Part shown: positions 55,189 through 64,000 of the stretch, in pieces | Numbering within the stretch: position 1 is the stretch's first letter | Layout: every line of letters starts with the position of its first letter | Source: Candidatus Sulfomarinibacteraceae bacterium | GTDB lineage: Bacteria > Acidobacteriota > Thermoanaerobaculia > Thermoanaerobaculales > Sulfomarinibacteraceae | Reading direction: 5' to 3' | DNA: 64,000 nucleotides | Assembly: GCA_963715955.1 (NCBI GenBank) | Contig: CAVQSQ010000021.1 | Span: 673,295 to 737,294, forward strand | Notes under the pieces: model-generated | What the model was told of the DNA's origin: nothing | Seen by the model: only the letters and a program-made list of their open reading frames with translations | The model's database searches: none | Made by a program: the position numbers and the translations under genes

Positions 55189-56268
55189 ATGATGACTGAC
55201 TCGAAACTGACCCGACGCGGATTCATCAAAGGTGCGGGCGCCGTGGCAGCGGCCAGCGCCCTGCCCGTCAGCATGGTGGAACTCGCCTTCGCTGACCCGA
55301 CGAAGAACTTCACGTTCGCCTACATCTCGGATTCCCACATCCAGCACATCAAGGGCAGCACCTTCGTCAACAACTGGGACCGCGGTCTGATCCGTGCGGT
55401 CGCGGAGACCAATCTCCTGCAGCCCAAACCGGACTTCGTGATGTTCGGCGGCGACCTCGCCCAGCTCGGCAGCAAGCCCGAACTCGACCACGGCGCCGAA
55501 ATGCTCGCCAAGCTCGATTACAAGACCCACATGGTGATGGGCGAGCACGACTACTACCTCGACCTCGGTGAGTACTGGTCGGAGCTCTTCGGGCCCCAGT
55601 GGTACAGCTTCGACCACAAAGGCGTCCACTTCGTGGTCCTCAACTCGATTCTCACCTACGACGAGTGGACCTTTGATCGCTGGCCGAGCGATGAACAGAG
55701 GATGCTCGAGATGGCCGGTCTCGACAACCCCAACGGGTCGCCGTTCATGGTCGGAGAGAAACAACGGGAGTGGCTCGCCAAGGACCTCGCCGGAATCGGC
55801 AAGGACACCCCGGTTGTGGTTTTCTCCCACTCGCCGATCCAGAAGATCTACAAGGGATGGAATTTCTGGACCGAGGACGCGGAGGAGGTGCAGGCCCTCT
55901 TGCAGCCCTTCAACGACGCCACCGTGGTGTACGGCCACGTCCACCAGATCCAGTACAACCAGATCGGCAACATCAGCTTCCATGCGGTGATGGCGACGGC
56001 CTGGCCGTGGCCGTACCCCAGTGCGTACGCGCAGGCCGAAAGCCACATGCCGAAGATCACGGTGCCGATGAACCGCGCCGATCCGTTCTTCGAACGAGAC
56101 GCCACGGGTTGGCAACTCGTCAACCTGAAGACCGGCCGCGTCGATCTCGACTACAACCTCTACAGCAACACCAATAGGACGGTGGGCTTCAACCCGGAGA
56201 CCGGACAGCCCGAAGACACCGTCTACCAGGACCCGGCCAGCCGGATCCCGCCGCAAACGCAGTACTAG
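55189..56268 (+). CDS. Tat-exported calcineurin-like metallophosphoesterase
   Basis: Twin-arginine leader (LTRRGFIKGAGAVAAASA). ISDSHI, GGDLAQ, GEHD and GHVH are metallophosphoesterase motifs. Confidence 0.8.
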   Translation: MMTDSKLTRRGFIKGAGAVAAASALPVSMVELAFADPTKNFTFAYISDSHIQHIKGSTFVNNWDRGLIRAVAETNLLQPKPDFVMFGGDLAQLGSKPELDHGAEMLAKLDYKTHMVMGEHDYYLDLGEYWSELFGPQWYSFDHKGVHFVVLNSILTYDEWTFDRWPSDEQRMLEMAGLDNPNGSPFMVGEKQREWLAKDLAGIGKDTPVVVFSHSPIQKIYKGWNFWTEDAEEVQALLQPFNDATVVYGHVHQIQYNQIGNISFHAVMATAWPWPYPSAYAQAESHMPKITVPMNRADPFFERDATGWQLVNLKTGRVDLDYNLYSNTNRTVGFNPETGQPEDTVYQDPASRIPPQTQY

Positions 56269-56278
56269 GAGGCTAATC

Positions 56279-56692
56279 ATGTCCAAGAAGAACCTTCCGA
56301 TCGCCATCTGCCTGGTGGCGGCCGCGACGATCCTGGTCGGCTATGGTCTCCAGGCCGACGAGTTCACCGACACCGATCTCGAACGCTGGCAGGGCGAGTT
56401 CATGGTGGTGGTCACCGAAGGACGCTCCCTTTGGGGCAGCCCTGAGCTCGGCACCAACGGCGTCGCCTGCGGGCAGTGCCATCCCAATGCCGCCAACACC
56501 CACCCCGAGACCTACCCCAAGTTCCAACAGCAGCTCGGACGGGTGGCGACCTTCCGCGAGATGATCAACTGGTGCATTCAGAACCCGCTCGAAGGCGAGA
56601 CCCTCGCCCTCGACGACCGCCAGATGATCGCCCTCGAGGCCTACGCCACGTATGAACGACGCGGTGTGCCGCTCGCGCCCGGCAAGCACTGA
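56279..56692 (+). CDS. Mono-haem c-type cytochrome, SoxA-domain-like
   Basis: Signal anchor and CGQCH. FREMINWCIQNPLEGETL...LEAYATYERRG resembles the R-x-N-x-C...A-Y block I recall from SoxA-type cytochromes. It is followed by a clear terminator. Confidence 0.7.
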   Translation: MSKKNLPIAICLVAAATILVGYGLQADEFTDTDLERWQGEFMVVVTEGRSLWGSPELGTNGVACGQCHPNAANTHPETYPKFQQQLGRVATFREMINWCIQNPLEGETLALDDRQMIALEAYATYERRGVPLAPGKH

Positions 56693-56712
56693 ACGTCACA
56701 CCTCGACACGAC

Positions 56713-56740
56713 AAAACGGGCGCTGCGGCGCCCGTTTTTT
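56713..56740 (+). terminator. Rho-independent terminator of the fur-ccp-MPE-cytochrome operon
   Basis: AAAACGGGCGC-TGCG-GCGCCCGTTTT followed by TT. Confidence 0.9.
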
Positions 56741-56810
56741 CGTCCCACAGCGCGGGCGGGACGGACCCCTCCCCCCAGCTTTCACCGGAATCTCGGTCGT
56801 TCGCTGGTGT

Positions 56811-57051
56811 CTCTGATATCCGTAGGGGCGGGGTTTATCCCCGCCCGGCTTCCCGGCGTTCAGAGGCGATGTTCCATGGATTACGCGAGGAGGGGATAAA
56901 CCCCTCCCCTACGGCGTTCATCGGCACCCGGGGTCGTTATCGATCGGCTCTGATATCCGTAGGGGCGGGGTTTATCCCCGCCCGGCTTCCCGGCGTTCAG
57001 AGGCGATGTTCCATGGATTACGCGAGGAGGGGATAAACCCCTCCCCTACGG
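56811..57051 (+). repeat. Two identical 104-bp units (56811-56914 and 56948-57051) separated by 33 bp. Each unit holds a Y hairpin, a spacer and an X hairpin.
   Basis: CTCTGATATCCGTAGGGGCGGGGTTTATCCCCGCCCGGCTTCCCGGCGTTCAGAGGCGATGTTCCATGGATTACGCGAGGAGGGGATAAACCCCTCCCCTACGG occurs twice, with a 137-bp period. Confidence 0.9.
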
Positions 57052-57089
57052 CTTTGAGAAACGACATTCGTCCCGAGAATTCGTCGCTC

Positions 57090-57578
57090 CTACGCGGCGC
57101 CGCCCTCGGGCGGTCCGCCCTGGAAGGACTGCAGAGCGAGGTACTGTTCACCGAAACGTTTGACGTGTTCCGACTGCTGGTCGAACTGGTCCCAGTGCCC
57201 CTCTTCAGCCGCCACCAGCTCCTCGAAGAGCTTCTTGGTCCCCGAGTCCGCGTTCTGGGCGCACTCGTTGGCAAAGCGGTTGTACATCTGAATGGCCTCC
57301 TGCTCCAGGGCGTCGGCCTTCTTGAGCATGGCTTCCGCGTCGTGGATCTTCTCGATCTCGCGCCCCACCTTCATCTCGACGTCGCCGCCGAGGAAGAGGA
57401 TGCGCTCGGCGATCATCTCGGCGTGCTGCATCTCCTGGATCGCGGTCATCTTCAACAGGTTGGCCAACGGCGCGTAGCCGAGGTCGTCCAACCGGAAGTG
57501 GAAGTACATGTACTGGTGGATGGCCGCCAGCTCATCGGCGATGGCCGTGTTGAGAAGCTCGATACTCTTTTCATACAT
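57090..57578 (-). CDS. bfr: Bacterioferritin / ferritin-like di-iron protein
   Basis: ELAAIHQYMYFHF, IQEMQHAEMIAERI and EEGHWDQF (di-iron ligand pattern E, ExxH, E, ExxH). AAGGAGGA Shine-Dalgarno sequence. Confidence 0.85.
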   Translation of the reverse strand: MYEKSIELLNTAIADELAAIHQYMYFHFRLDDLGYAPLANLLKMTAIQEMQHAEMIAERILFLGGDVEMKVGREIEKIHDAEAMLKKADALEQEAIQMYNRFANECAQNADSGTKKLFEELVAAEEGHWDQFDQQSEHVKRFGEQYLALQSFQGGPPEGGAA

Positions 57579-57679
57579 GGATGATCCTCCTTCGCTCGTC
57601 AGCGAATTCTACACCCTCCCGCTTGCGACCGGCGCGCGATCGAATCCTTTTGGCCCCTCCCGCCGTATAGTCAGTCAGA

Positions 57680-59296
57680 GTGCAGAACCTCAGCATCAAG
57701 AACCGGCTGATTTCCTCGAGGGCCGCCGCCCTGGCTGCCACGCTGGCGGCGTCCCTGCTGATCTCCACGTCATCGGTTTCACAGCCGGCGCCGAGGGAAG
57801 CACCAGGAGCTCCGCAAAATGAGGCATCCGCGCTCCCACCGACTCTTTCTCCCCACACCAAGGTCGGCAAGCACACCAGCGAGGAGTGGCGTGCGCTTGT
57901 GGACTCGACGTGGGGCCCCGGGCTGCCGGCTGCCGAACAGGTCGAGATCTTCGATGCCGCCTGGGACAACCTCGACCGCGACTACGGCGCCTACATGAAT
58001 CTCGAGGTCGACATGCAGGCGCTGCGGCGCCGCTACCGCCAGGAGGTCCGCGACGGCGTCAGCAAGGGTCGGTTCGCGGCCATCCTGAACCATCTGTCGC
58101 TGGCCATGAAGGACGCCCACACGGCCATCATGAGGCACTCGGTCAACTGGCAGAACCGGATCGATTTCGACACTCCCCTCTTCGTCGTCGGTGCGTGGGT
58201 CGACAACGCGACCTTCGGCGCCGCGCTGACGCCCATGCCCGACGGGTCGCTGCTGGTCTACAAGGCGCTGCCGAACCACGTGCTCGGTCTCGAGCCCGGC
58301 GACCTGGTGCTCGGCTACGACGGCGTGGCGTGGCAGGACATCTACCCGCAACTGCTCGCGGCGGAGCTCCCCATCCAGCTGCGGTGGGTGTGGGGCAGCA
58401 CCGACGAGTCGATGGAACACTGCATGCTGATGAGCGCCGGATTGAACTGGCACCTCTTCGACGCCATCGACATCCAGAAGTACGGATCGGACGAGGTCGT
58501 GAGCCTTCCCACAACCCTCCTCGTCAACCAACAGGGCACGATCTGGGGCAACGAACAGCTCCCGGTCGCAGGCGTCGAGATGCCCGATTTCGTCAACGAG
58601 GACTACATCACCTGGGGCATCATCGACGGCACCCAGATCGGGTATATCTATGTCGCGGGGTGGCACTGGCAGGACGAGTACCGGATCAGCGAGCAGTGGT
58701 ACGAGGCGGTGGACGAGCTGATGCACCACCACGAGACCACCGGCCTCGTCGTCGACTTCCGTCTCAACTACGGCGGCTACATGCTCGAGGCTCACGCCGG
58801 CTACTCCCTGCTGTTCAACGAGCGTGTCTCCGCCGTTTCGTTCGACCTCCGCGGCAGCCCCGACGACCACTTCGACATGGTCCCCCACCCCACCTACAAC
58901 GCCGGCCGCTTCACCATCCCCGGCGATCCATCCACGTTCTACGACAAACCGATCGCCGTCCTCTTCGGCCCCGGGTCGGTGAGCAACGGCGACTGGGAGT
59001 CGCTGCGCATGGGCTTCCATCCGATGGTCCGCACTTTCGGCAAACCGACCAACGGCGCGTTCACACTGTCCGACAACCCCGTGCTCGGCGACGACTGGTA
59101 CTTCACCAAGGGCACCGGAAGCGGCTACCTGGTGGACGGCCACCACTATCTCGCCCACACCGGCGTCCAGCCCGACCAACGGGTGTGGCTCGACCGCGAC
59201 GATGTCGCCGAGGGGCGAGACACCGTGGTGGAAGCCGCGATCCGTTGGATCGAAAGCCGATGGCCGCGCCGGCCGACGGCTCGCCGCAAGCCCTGA
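57680..59296 (+). CDS. Secreted S41-peptidase-like protein with a PDZ-like segment (hypothetical function)
   Basis: GTG start, signal peptide, LEPGDLVLGYDGVAW (PDZ-like), and VVDFRLNYGG...LFGPGSVSNGDWES, which resembles the S41 core. Confidence 0.55.
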   Translation: MQNLSIKNRLISSRAAALAATLAASLLISTSSVSQPAPREAPGAPQNEASALPPTLSPHTKVGKHTSEEWRALVDSTWGPGLPAAEQVEIFDAAWDNLDRDYGAYMNLEVDMQALRRRYRQEVRDGVSKGRFAAILNHLSLAMKDAHTAIMRHSVNWQNRIDFDTPLFVVGAWVDNATFGAALTPMPDGSLLVYKALPNHVLGLEPGDLVLGYDGVAWQDIYPQLLAAELPIQLRWVWGSTDESMEHCMLMSAGLNWHLFDAIDIQKYGSDEVVSLPTTLLVNQQGTIWGNEQLPVAGVEMPDFVNEDYITWGIIDGTQIGYIYVAGWHWQDEYRISEQWYEAVDELMHHHETTGLVVDFRLNYGGYMLEAHAGYSLLFNERVSAVSFDLRGSPDDHFDMVPHPTYNAGRFTIPGDPSTFYDKPIAVLFGPGSVSNGDWESLRMGFHPMVRTFGKPTNGAFTLSDNPVLGDDWYFTKGTGSGYLVDGHHYLAHTGVQPDQRVWLDRDDVAEGRDTVVEAAIRWIESRWPRRPTARRKP

Positions 59297-59462
59297 CCCT
59301 GATCGAGCGCACCCTCGCCCGGCAAAACTCGACCTTTTGGGGTGTTCACCGACTTGACAAAATCCGGCCGGGAAACGAGACTTTTCATATAACACGAATC
59401 CTTGATTAAGAATTGCGTCAATTTGAGGACCCGAGAACTCATCGCGCAAAAAAGGAGGTGTC

Positions 59463-60806
59463 ATGTTTTCATGCAACCGTCACGCCCCTCCCTGGTTCCC
59501 GATTGATCCGTCCCGGCGCACGGCGATTGTGCAAACCGCCCGGATTGTGTCGGTGATCATCGTTCTGGCTGCTCTGGCATCTCCTGCACAGACGCAGGAA
59601 AAGTGGGGCAACTGGGCGCCCGAGATGCGCCTCAACCTGGTCAACACCAACCCCTGGGTGATCGGCATTCATCCGGACAGCGGCTGGCAGCTGACCGTCG
59701 ACATGCAGGCGAGGAACCGCGATCTCCTCGGCATCGGAGTCGAATTCTTCCCTCCGACTTTTCCCAAATCCGAGAAGAGGGGTTTTCTGGTATTCGACGA
59801 CCCTGACCACTGCCCTTCATTCATCCCGTTTTCGGGCCAGACCACGACCTTTCAGATCTACTATTGCAGCGGCACTCCCGATCCCGATCTCCCGAACTGC
59901 GTCCCGCCCGACTGGCGGCCGACGCTGCAATCCGCGGGAATCGATCCGTGTACCGGGTCCATCCCCGACTCGCTGATTGAAAGCCTGCGCTGGGTCAAGG
60001 ACGAAACCTGGGTCGAGTTCACTCCCGGTCTGAGCGTGATGGATTCTGAGGCGAGTTCCGCGGAAGAACGGCCTTTGCTCTGGAAGTGGGTGGGAGGTTG
60101 GCAGTTGGCGCCGTATGGTCCCCACCTCGGCACGATCGATGACGACGTCAGATATGGGAGTTGGCGGCGCATGCCAGGGCTGGTGGTGGTGGCCGACCAC
60201 GGACCCGGAGTTCGTTTCAATCTTCCTGCAGCGGGCGAGAGTGAGCCTGCGCCCGACTATTTCGACATCGTCGAACCGCGCGAGGCGTGGAACATGGCCG
60301 GCTTCTTCCAGTCGGCGGCGTACTCACTCATGGGCGGAACCCGAGAGACCTCGTTAATGGCCCACATGAACGTACCCTACGGAGTGTTTGCCCCAGTCAT
60401 CTTGTATGACAACAACATCAGCCTGCCAACGGTCGATGACGCCGGGGTCTTGTGCGGAGCGGACGATGCCCTGTATCGGGTGGACGGCGGGCCTCTCACA
60501 TGTTGGAAAGGAGGGGGTTCGAGCAACATCGACCCGATCGCCAGTGAGACCGTCGTGACCGTCCGGGTCTTCATGCTCGACGGCGTTGCACCCGATATCC
60601 TCGTCGACATGGACGGCAACGGAATAATCGACATCCACGACGCAGAGATGATGGGCTACGACCCGGTCTCGAGTCAGCAGACGACTCGCTTCACGCAATA
60701 CTTCGAAATCTTCTGCAACTACCCATACGATTTTGACGGCGACGGCCAGGGAGGTACCTGCGTCGCCGGCGCCCGGCCGGGAGGCCTCACCCAGCCGCCG
60801 CGATGA
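59463..60806 (+). CDS. Hypothetical secreted protein with C-terminal dockerin/EF-hand-like Ca-binding loops
   Basis: Canonical AAGGAGGTG Shine-Dalgarno sequence and an N-terminal anchor or signal. DMDGNGIIDIHD and DFDGDGQGG loops. By eye it is lower in GC and less GC3-biased than its neighbours. Confidence 0.55.
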   Translation: MFSCNRHAPPWFPIDPSRRTAIVQTARIVSVIIVLAALASPAQTQEKWGNWAPEMRLNLVNTNPWVIGIHPDSGWQLTVDMQARNRDLLGIGVEFFPPTFPKSEKRGFLVFDDPDHCPSFIPFSGQTTTFQIYYCSGTPDPDLPNCVPPDWRPTLQSAGIDPCTGSIPDSLIESLRWVKDETWVEFTPGLSVMDSEASSAEERPLLWKWVGGWQLAPYGPHLGTIDDDVRYGSWRRMPGLVVVADHGPGVRFNLPAAGESEPAPDYFDIVEPREAWNMAGFFQSAAYSLMGGTRETSLMAHMNVPYGVFAPVILYDNNISLPTVDDAGVLCGADDALYRVDGGPLTCWKGGGSSNIDPIASETVVTVRVFMLDGVAPDILVDMDGNGIIDIHDAEMMGYDPVSSQQTTRFTQYFEIFCNYPYDFDGDGQGGTCVAGARPGGLTQPPR

Positions 60807-60830
60807 TTCGAGAAACCTCGCCCGGCCCCG

Positions 60831-63752
60831 TCAACCGGGGCCGTCGGCGAGGCGTTGCGCCTCGGCGATCTCCGGCAGCCCGCCGTCGGCGCCGCGCCAC
60901 AGGGCGAGGAACTCGCGCGCCTGGGCGGCCGACTTGTCAGGGCGCCCCATCGCGTCCAAAACCTGAGCCAGCACCAGCCGCGCACGGGCGCGGTCGAGCA
61001 TGAGGTCGAGGCGGGGGTCGGCCGAGTCGATCGACTCCGCAGCTTGACGCGCGGCGGCCATCGCCTCGGGCAACCGCCCCGCTGCAAGAAAGGCTCGTGC
61101 CAGACCGAGGCGGTACACGGCGTACTCGTAACCCTCGGACGCCACCGCCAGCGACAGCCGCTCCACCGCACGTGCGGCCTCTCCTTCCGCCAGCAGCGCC
61201 ATCCCCTCGAGATAGGCTGCCGCCTTGTCCTCGGTGCGATCGGGGTCGTCGGCCGGCAGGGCGTTGCCGGCTACCGCTGAGGCTGTCGCGCGCACCGCCT
61301 CGAGATCGCCGAGCCGCAGTTCCAGAAGACCTCGAGTCACCAGGTAGCGGGTCGGCACGCCCGGCGAGCGCTCGACCGAACGATCGATCAGACGGCGCGC
61401 CGTCCGGATGTCGCCGAGTTCAGCCAGGCAGTCGCCGCGCACCGCCAGGGCCATTGCCTCGCGGACCTGCTCCGCCTCGAGTTCGTCCTCGAGCGACGCC
61501 AGCATCCTCTCGGCCTCACGGAACCGCCCTCCGGACCGCAACACCGACGCCAGCTCGAAAACCGCGTCGAGACGGTCCCTCGGCGCCGCGCTCTCGTTCT
61601 CTACCAGCGACCGCAGGCGCTGCCGGGCATCGCCGAAGCGCCCCTCGAGCGCCTCCACCACGGCCAGGCTGTTGGTCGCGAGGTGGAACGCAGGATCCGA
61701 TTCGAGAGCCGCCCGGTACTCGTCCGCCGCCAGATCGAGCTCACCCTGGGCGCGGTAGGCATCGCCGAGGGAGGCGTGGCCGTTGGCGCTGTCCGGCTCC
61801 AACTCCACGTAGCGCTGGAGTTCGACGACGGCGCCGGTGTAGTCGCCCTTCGCCAGATGGGCGTAGCCGAGCATGCTGCGCACCACGCCATCGTCCGGGG
61901 CAAGTCTGGCGAGCACCTGGAGCTCTGCGATCTCCTCGTCGTAACGGCCGCTGTCGTGGAGCGCGCCGGCCAGCATATGCCGGGCGTCACTGTCGTATGG
62001 ATAGGCCTCGACCAGCGCCCGGTATTGGGCCAGCGCGTCGTCGATCCTCGCCTCGAACTCGGCCTCCGCCGCTCGCACGTAGCGCGTCTCCCGGTCCGAC
62101 AGCCCGTCGGATTCCGCGGCGGCCCTCCTGATTTCGTTCAGCGCCTCGTCCCGTCTCCCGGTGGCCCCGTACACCCAGGCCAGCCGATAGCGGGCCATGG
62201 TGAAGTCGGGCGCCAGAGCCAACGCCTCGGAAAAGCCGCGCTCGGCTTCGTCGTACCGCCAATCCGCGAAGGCCCTCAGCCCCGACACATAGGCCCTGTA
62301 GGCCTCGGGGTTCGCGGTTGCGAAGTCGGCGGAAAAGACGTCGACGTTGTCTTCGGGTGGCAGCCCGAGCCCCCTGCGGGCCTCGGCGGCCACCTCATCC
62401 GCACACCCGAGCAGCGACCCGGCCGCCAGGCCGTCCATCCGCAGGGCCGCCACGCTGCGGCCGGTTCCGGGTTCGACGATGCGCGCCGCCACCGTGATTC
62501 CCGATTCTCCGGGCAGGAACTCCCCCGACACCAGGACGTCGAATCCCCCGGCAGATTCGGAGACCTCGTCCGACACCACGTGCAGCAATCGCGAGCCGGT
62601 GAGGGCGTCGGTCACCAATCTGGCAACGGCCTCGCCGTACCAGTCCAGGTTCGGGTCCCCGGTGTAGTTGGCGAAATCGGCCACGGCGACGACAAAGAGC
62701 GGCTGCTGGGCCACGGCAGCCGGGGCCTCCCCGCCGGCTCCCGGCGCGGTCGGGGGCGACGCGCTCCGGTCGAGAAACCACCATCCGCCCGCTGTCACCA
62801 GCAACGCCGCGGCCACACCGATCATCACGCGGCGTGCGGTTGGAGACCCGGGAATCGACAACGCCACCGTTTGCCGACCGCCGGAAACCGTGGTGCGCCC
62901 CGCATCGAAGCCGCTCGCACTCAAGACGAGGGTCTGCTGTTCCATGCCGAGGTCCACCAGCAGTTCGCGAATACTCTGGTAACGCTGATCCGGCTCGCGC
63001 TGGAGGCACCTGCGGATCAACCGTTCGAGGTCTTCGGGCGCATCGGCCCGGAGATCCGCGACCGGGCGGACCTCCTGCGACAAAATGGCGAACATGATGG
63101 CGGTGGGATTGTCGCCCGCAAACGCGCGGGTTCCGGTGACCATCTCGTACACGATGGCGCCGAGCGACCAGATGTCGGAGCGGGGATCGACTGTCTCGCT
63201 CTTCGCCTGCTCCGGCGACATATAGGCCGGGGTCCCCAGGGTCGCCCCGGTCTGCGTCATCTGGGTGACATCGCTCAGCTTCGCGAGCCCGAAGTCGAGG
63301 ATCTTCACGCCACCGGGCGTGAGCATGATGTTGGCGGGTTTGATGTCTCGATGCACCACCCCGGCCTCGTGGGCGGCGGCAAGACCTTCCGCGATCTGGA
63401 CGGTGATCGCGCGTGCCTCGTCGAACGGAACCGGCCCTCTCAGGATCCTCTCGCGGAGGGTCTCCCCGGCGCAGTAGGCCATGGCGATGAACGGCCGACC
63501 GTCTTCGGCTTCGCCGATTTCGTACACCGTACAGATCCGCGGGTGGTCGAGAACCGACGCCGCCCTCGCCTCGCGGAGAAAACGCTCGCGGGCTTCCGGC
63601 GAGACCTCGTCCAACTCCGCCGTCAGGAACTTCAGGGCAACCGTGCGCCCCAGGCGTTTGTCCTCGGCCCGGTAGACGACGCCCATCCCGCCCCTTCCGA
63701 GGCGATTCAACACCCTGTACTGGGAAACCGTCTGCCCTTCCATCACTCCCAA
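60831..63752 (-). CDS. Ser/Thr protein kinase with TM segment, periplasmic-like module and long TPR array
   Basis: LGRGGMGVVYRA, VALK, HRDIKPANIM, DFGLA and TPAYMSPEQ, followed by one TM segment and multiple TPR-like repeats to the C-terminus. Confidence 0.9.
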   Translation of the reverse strand: MGVMEGQTVSQYRVLNRLGRGGMGVVYRAEDKRLGRTVALKFLTAELDEVSPEARERFLREARAASVLDHPRICTVYEIGEAEDGRPFIAMAYCAGETLRERILRGPVPFDEARAITVQIAEGLAAAHEAGVVHRDIKPANIMLTPGGVKILDFGLAKLSDVTQMTQTGATLGTPAYMSPEQAKSETVDPRSDIWSLGAIVYEMVTGTRAFAGDNPTAIMFAILSQEVRPVADLRADAPEDLERLIRRCLQREPDQRYQSIRELLVDLGMEQQTLVLSASGFDAGRTTVSGGRQTVALSIPGSPTARRVMIGVAAALLVTAGGWWFLDRSASPPTAPGAGGEAPAAVAQQPLFVVAVADFANYTGDPNLDWYGEAVARLVTDALTGSRLLHVVSDEVSESAGGFDVLVSGEFLPGESGITVAARIVEPGTGRSVAALRMDGLAAGSLLGCADEVAAEARRGLGLPPEDNVDVFSADFATANPEAYRAYVSGLRAFADWRYDEAERGFSEALALAPDFTMARYRLAWVYGATGRRDEALNEIRRAAAESDGLSDRETRYVRAAEAEFEARIDDALAQYRALVEAYPYDSDARHMLAGALHDSGRYDEEIAELQVLARLAPDDGVVRSMLGYAHLAKGDYTGAVVELQRYVELEPDSANGHASLGDAYRAQGELDLAADEYRAALESDPAFHLATNSLAVVEALEGRFGDARQRLRSLVENESAAPRDRLDAVFELASVLRSGGRFREAERMLASLEDELEAEQVREAMALAVRGDCLAELGDIRTARRLIDRSVERSPGVPTRYLVTRGLLELRLGDLEAVRATASAVAGNALPADDPDRTEDKAAAYLEGMALLAEGEAARAVERLSLAVASEGYEYAVYRLGLARAFLAAGRLPEAMAAARQAAESIDSADPRLDLMLDRARARLVLAQVLDAMGRPDKSAAQAREFLALWRGADGGLPEIAEAQRLADGPG

Positions 63753-63948
63753 CCCGACGGCCTCTCAGGAGTTGGGCGCGCGCGACAACCCTTTCATTGC
63801 GACGCCGATCTCAAGAACCGCCGGGATTCCCCGCACCAGTATAGAGACTTCACGGCGGCGAGGGTGGTTTTCGCTGCATGCCACAGCTGAGCCTCTTGCA
63901 AAATTCACATGCAAAGGCGGGCAGGCCCCGCCACTACCGGGGAATGTT

Positions 63949-63980
63949 CTTTGTGGGTAGGGGCGGCACCTGTGCCGCCC
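63949..63980. repeat. REP-like hairpin with the CTTTGTGGG flank
   Basis: CTTTGTGGGTAGGGGCGGCAC-CTG-TGCCGCCC. It has the same flank as the GGCAGGCG hairpin family. Confidence 0.7.
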
Positions 63981-64000
63981 GACCTCGATCAGGCGCGACA

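Overview
This is a high-GC (roughly two-thirds G+C by eye) bacterial chromosomal segment with about 50 protein-coding genes. The gene content (TIGR03436-type VWFA protein, tricorn-like S41 protease, DUF1207/DUF1684 proteins, TPR-linked Ser/Thr kinase) suggests an Acidobacteriota-like organism, but that is inference only. Most genes are housekeeping. They include a grxD-iscA-ygfZ Fe-S maturation trio, two ArsA-like ATPases, phnCDE, an FtsX/ABC pair, base-excision repair genes (xth, mutM) and hbd-ackA. Also present are coaX, a pgsA-like gene, an M16 peptidase pair, sucCD, an AddAB-type helicase-nuclease, sppA, a UbiB-family kinase, a Fur-family regulator with cytochrome c peroxidase, bacterioferritin, and a TPR Ser/Thr kinase. 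I found no rRNA, tRNA, CRISPR array, transposase, integrase or phage genes. Four things stand out. (1) A compact cassette at 31.2-37.8 kb combines a GNAT-HDAC fusion, a lysine-2,3-aminomutase (KamA), two Ddl-like ATP-grasp ligases and a GNAT, behind a long structured leader. I read it as a candidate beta-lysine-derived metabolite or peptide pathway that matches no pathway I know. (2) Nearly every long intergenic region carries unannotated repeats: AT-rich 7-bp tandem arrays, often as inverted pairs (foldback architecture), plus GC-rich hairpin families whose stems vary by compensatory changes. (3) Three otherwise intact genes (tricorn-like protease, sucC, MBL hydrolase) are each broken by one extra base. 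(4) An orphan promoter-hairpin-terminator unit at 40.2 kb looks like a small RNA. The ORF track contains many long antisense or out-of-frame ORFs typical of high-GC DNA, and I rejected those.
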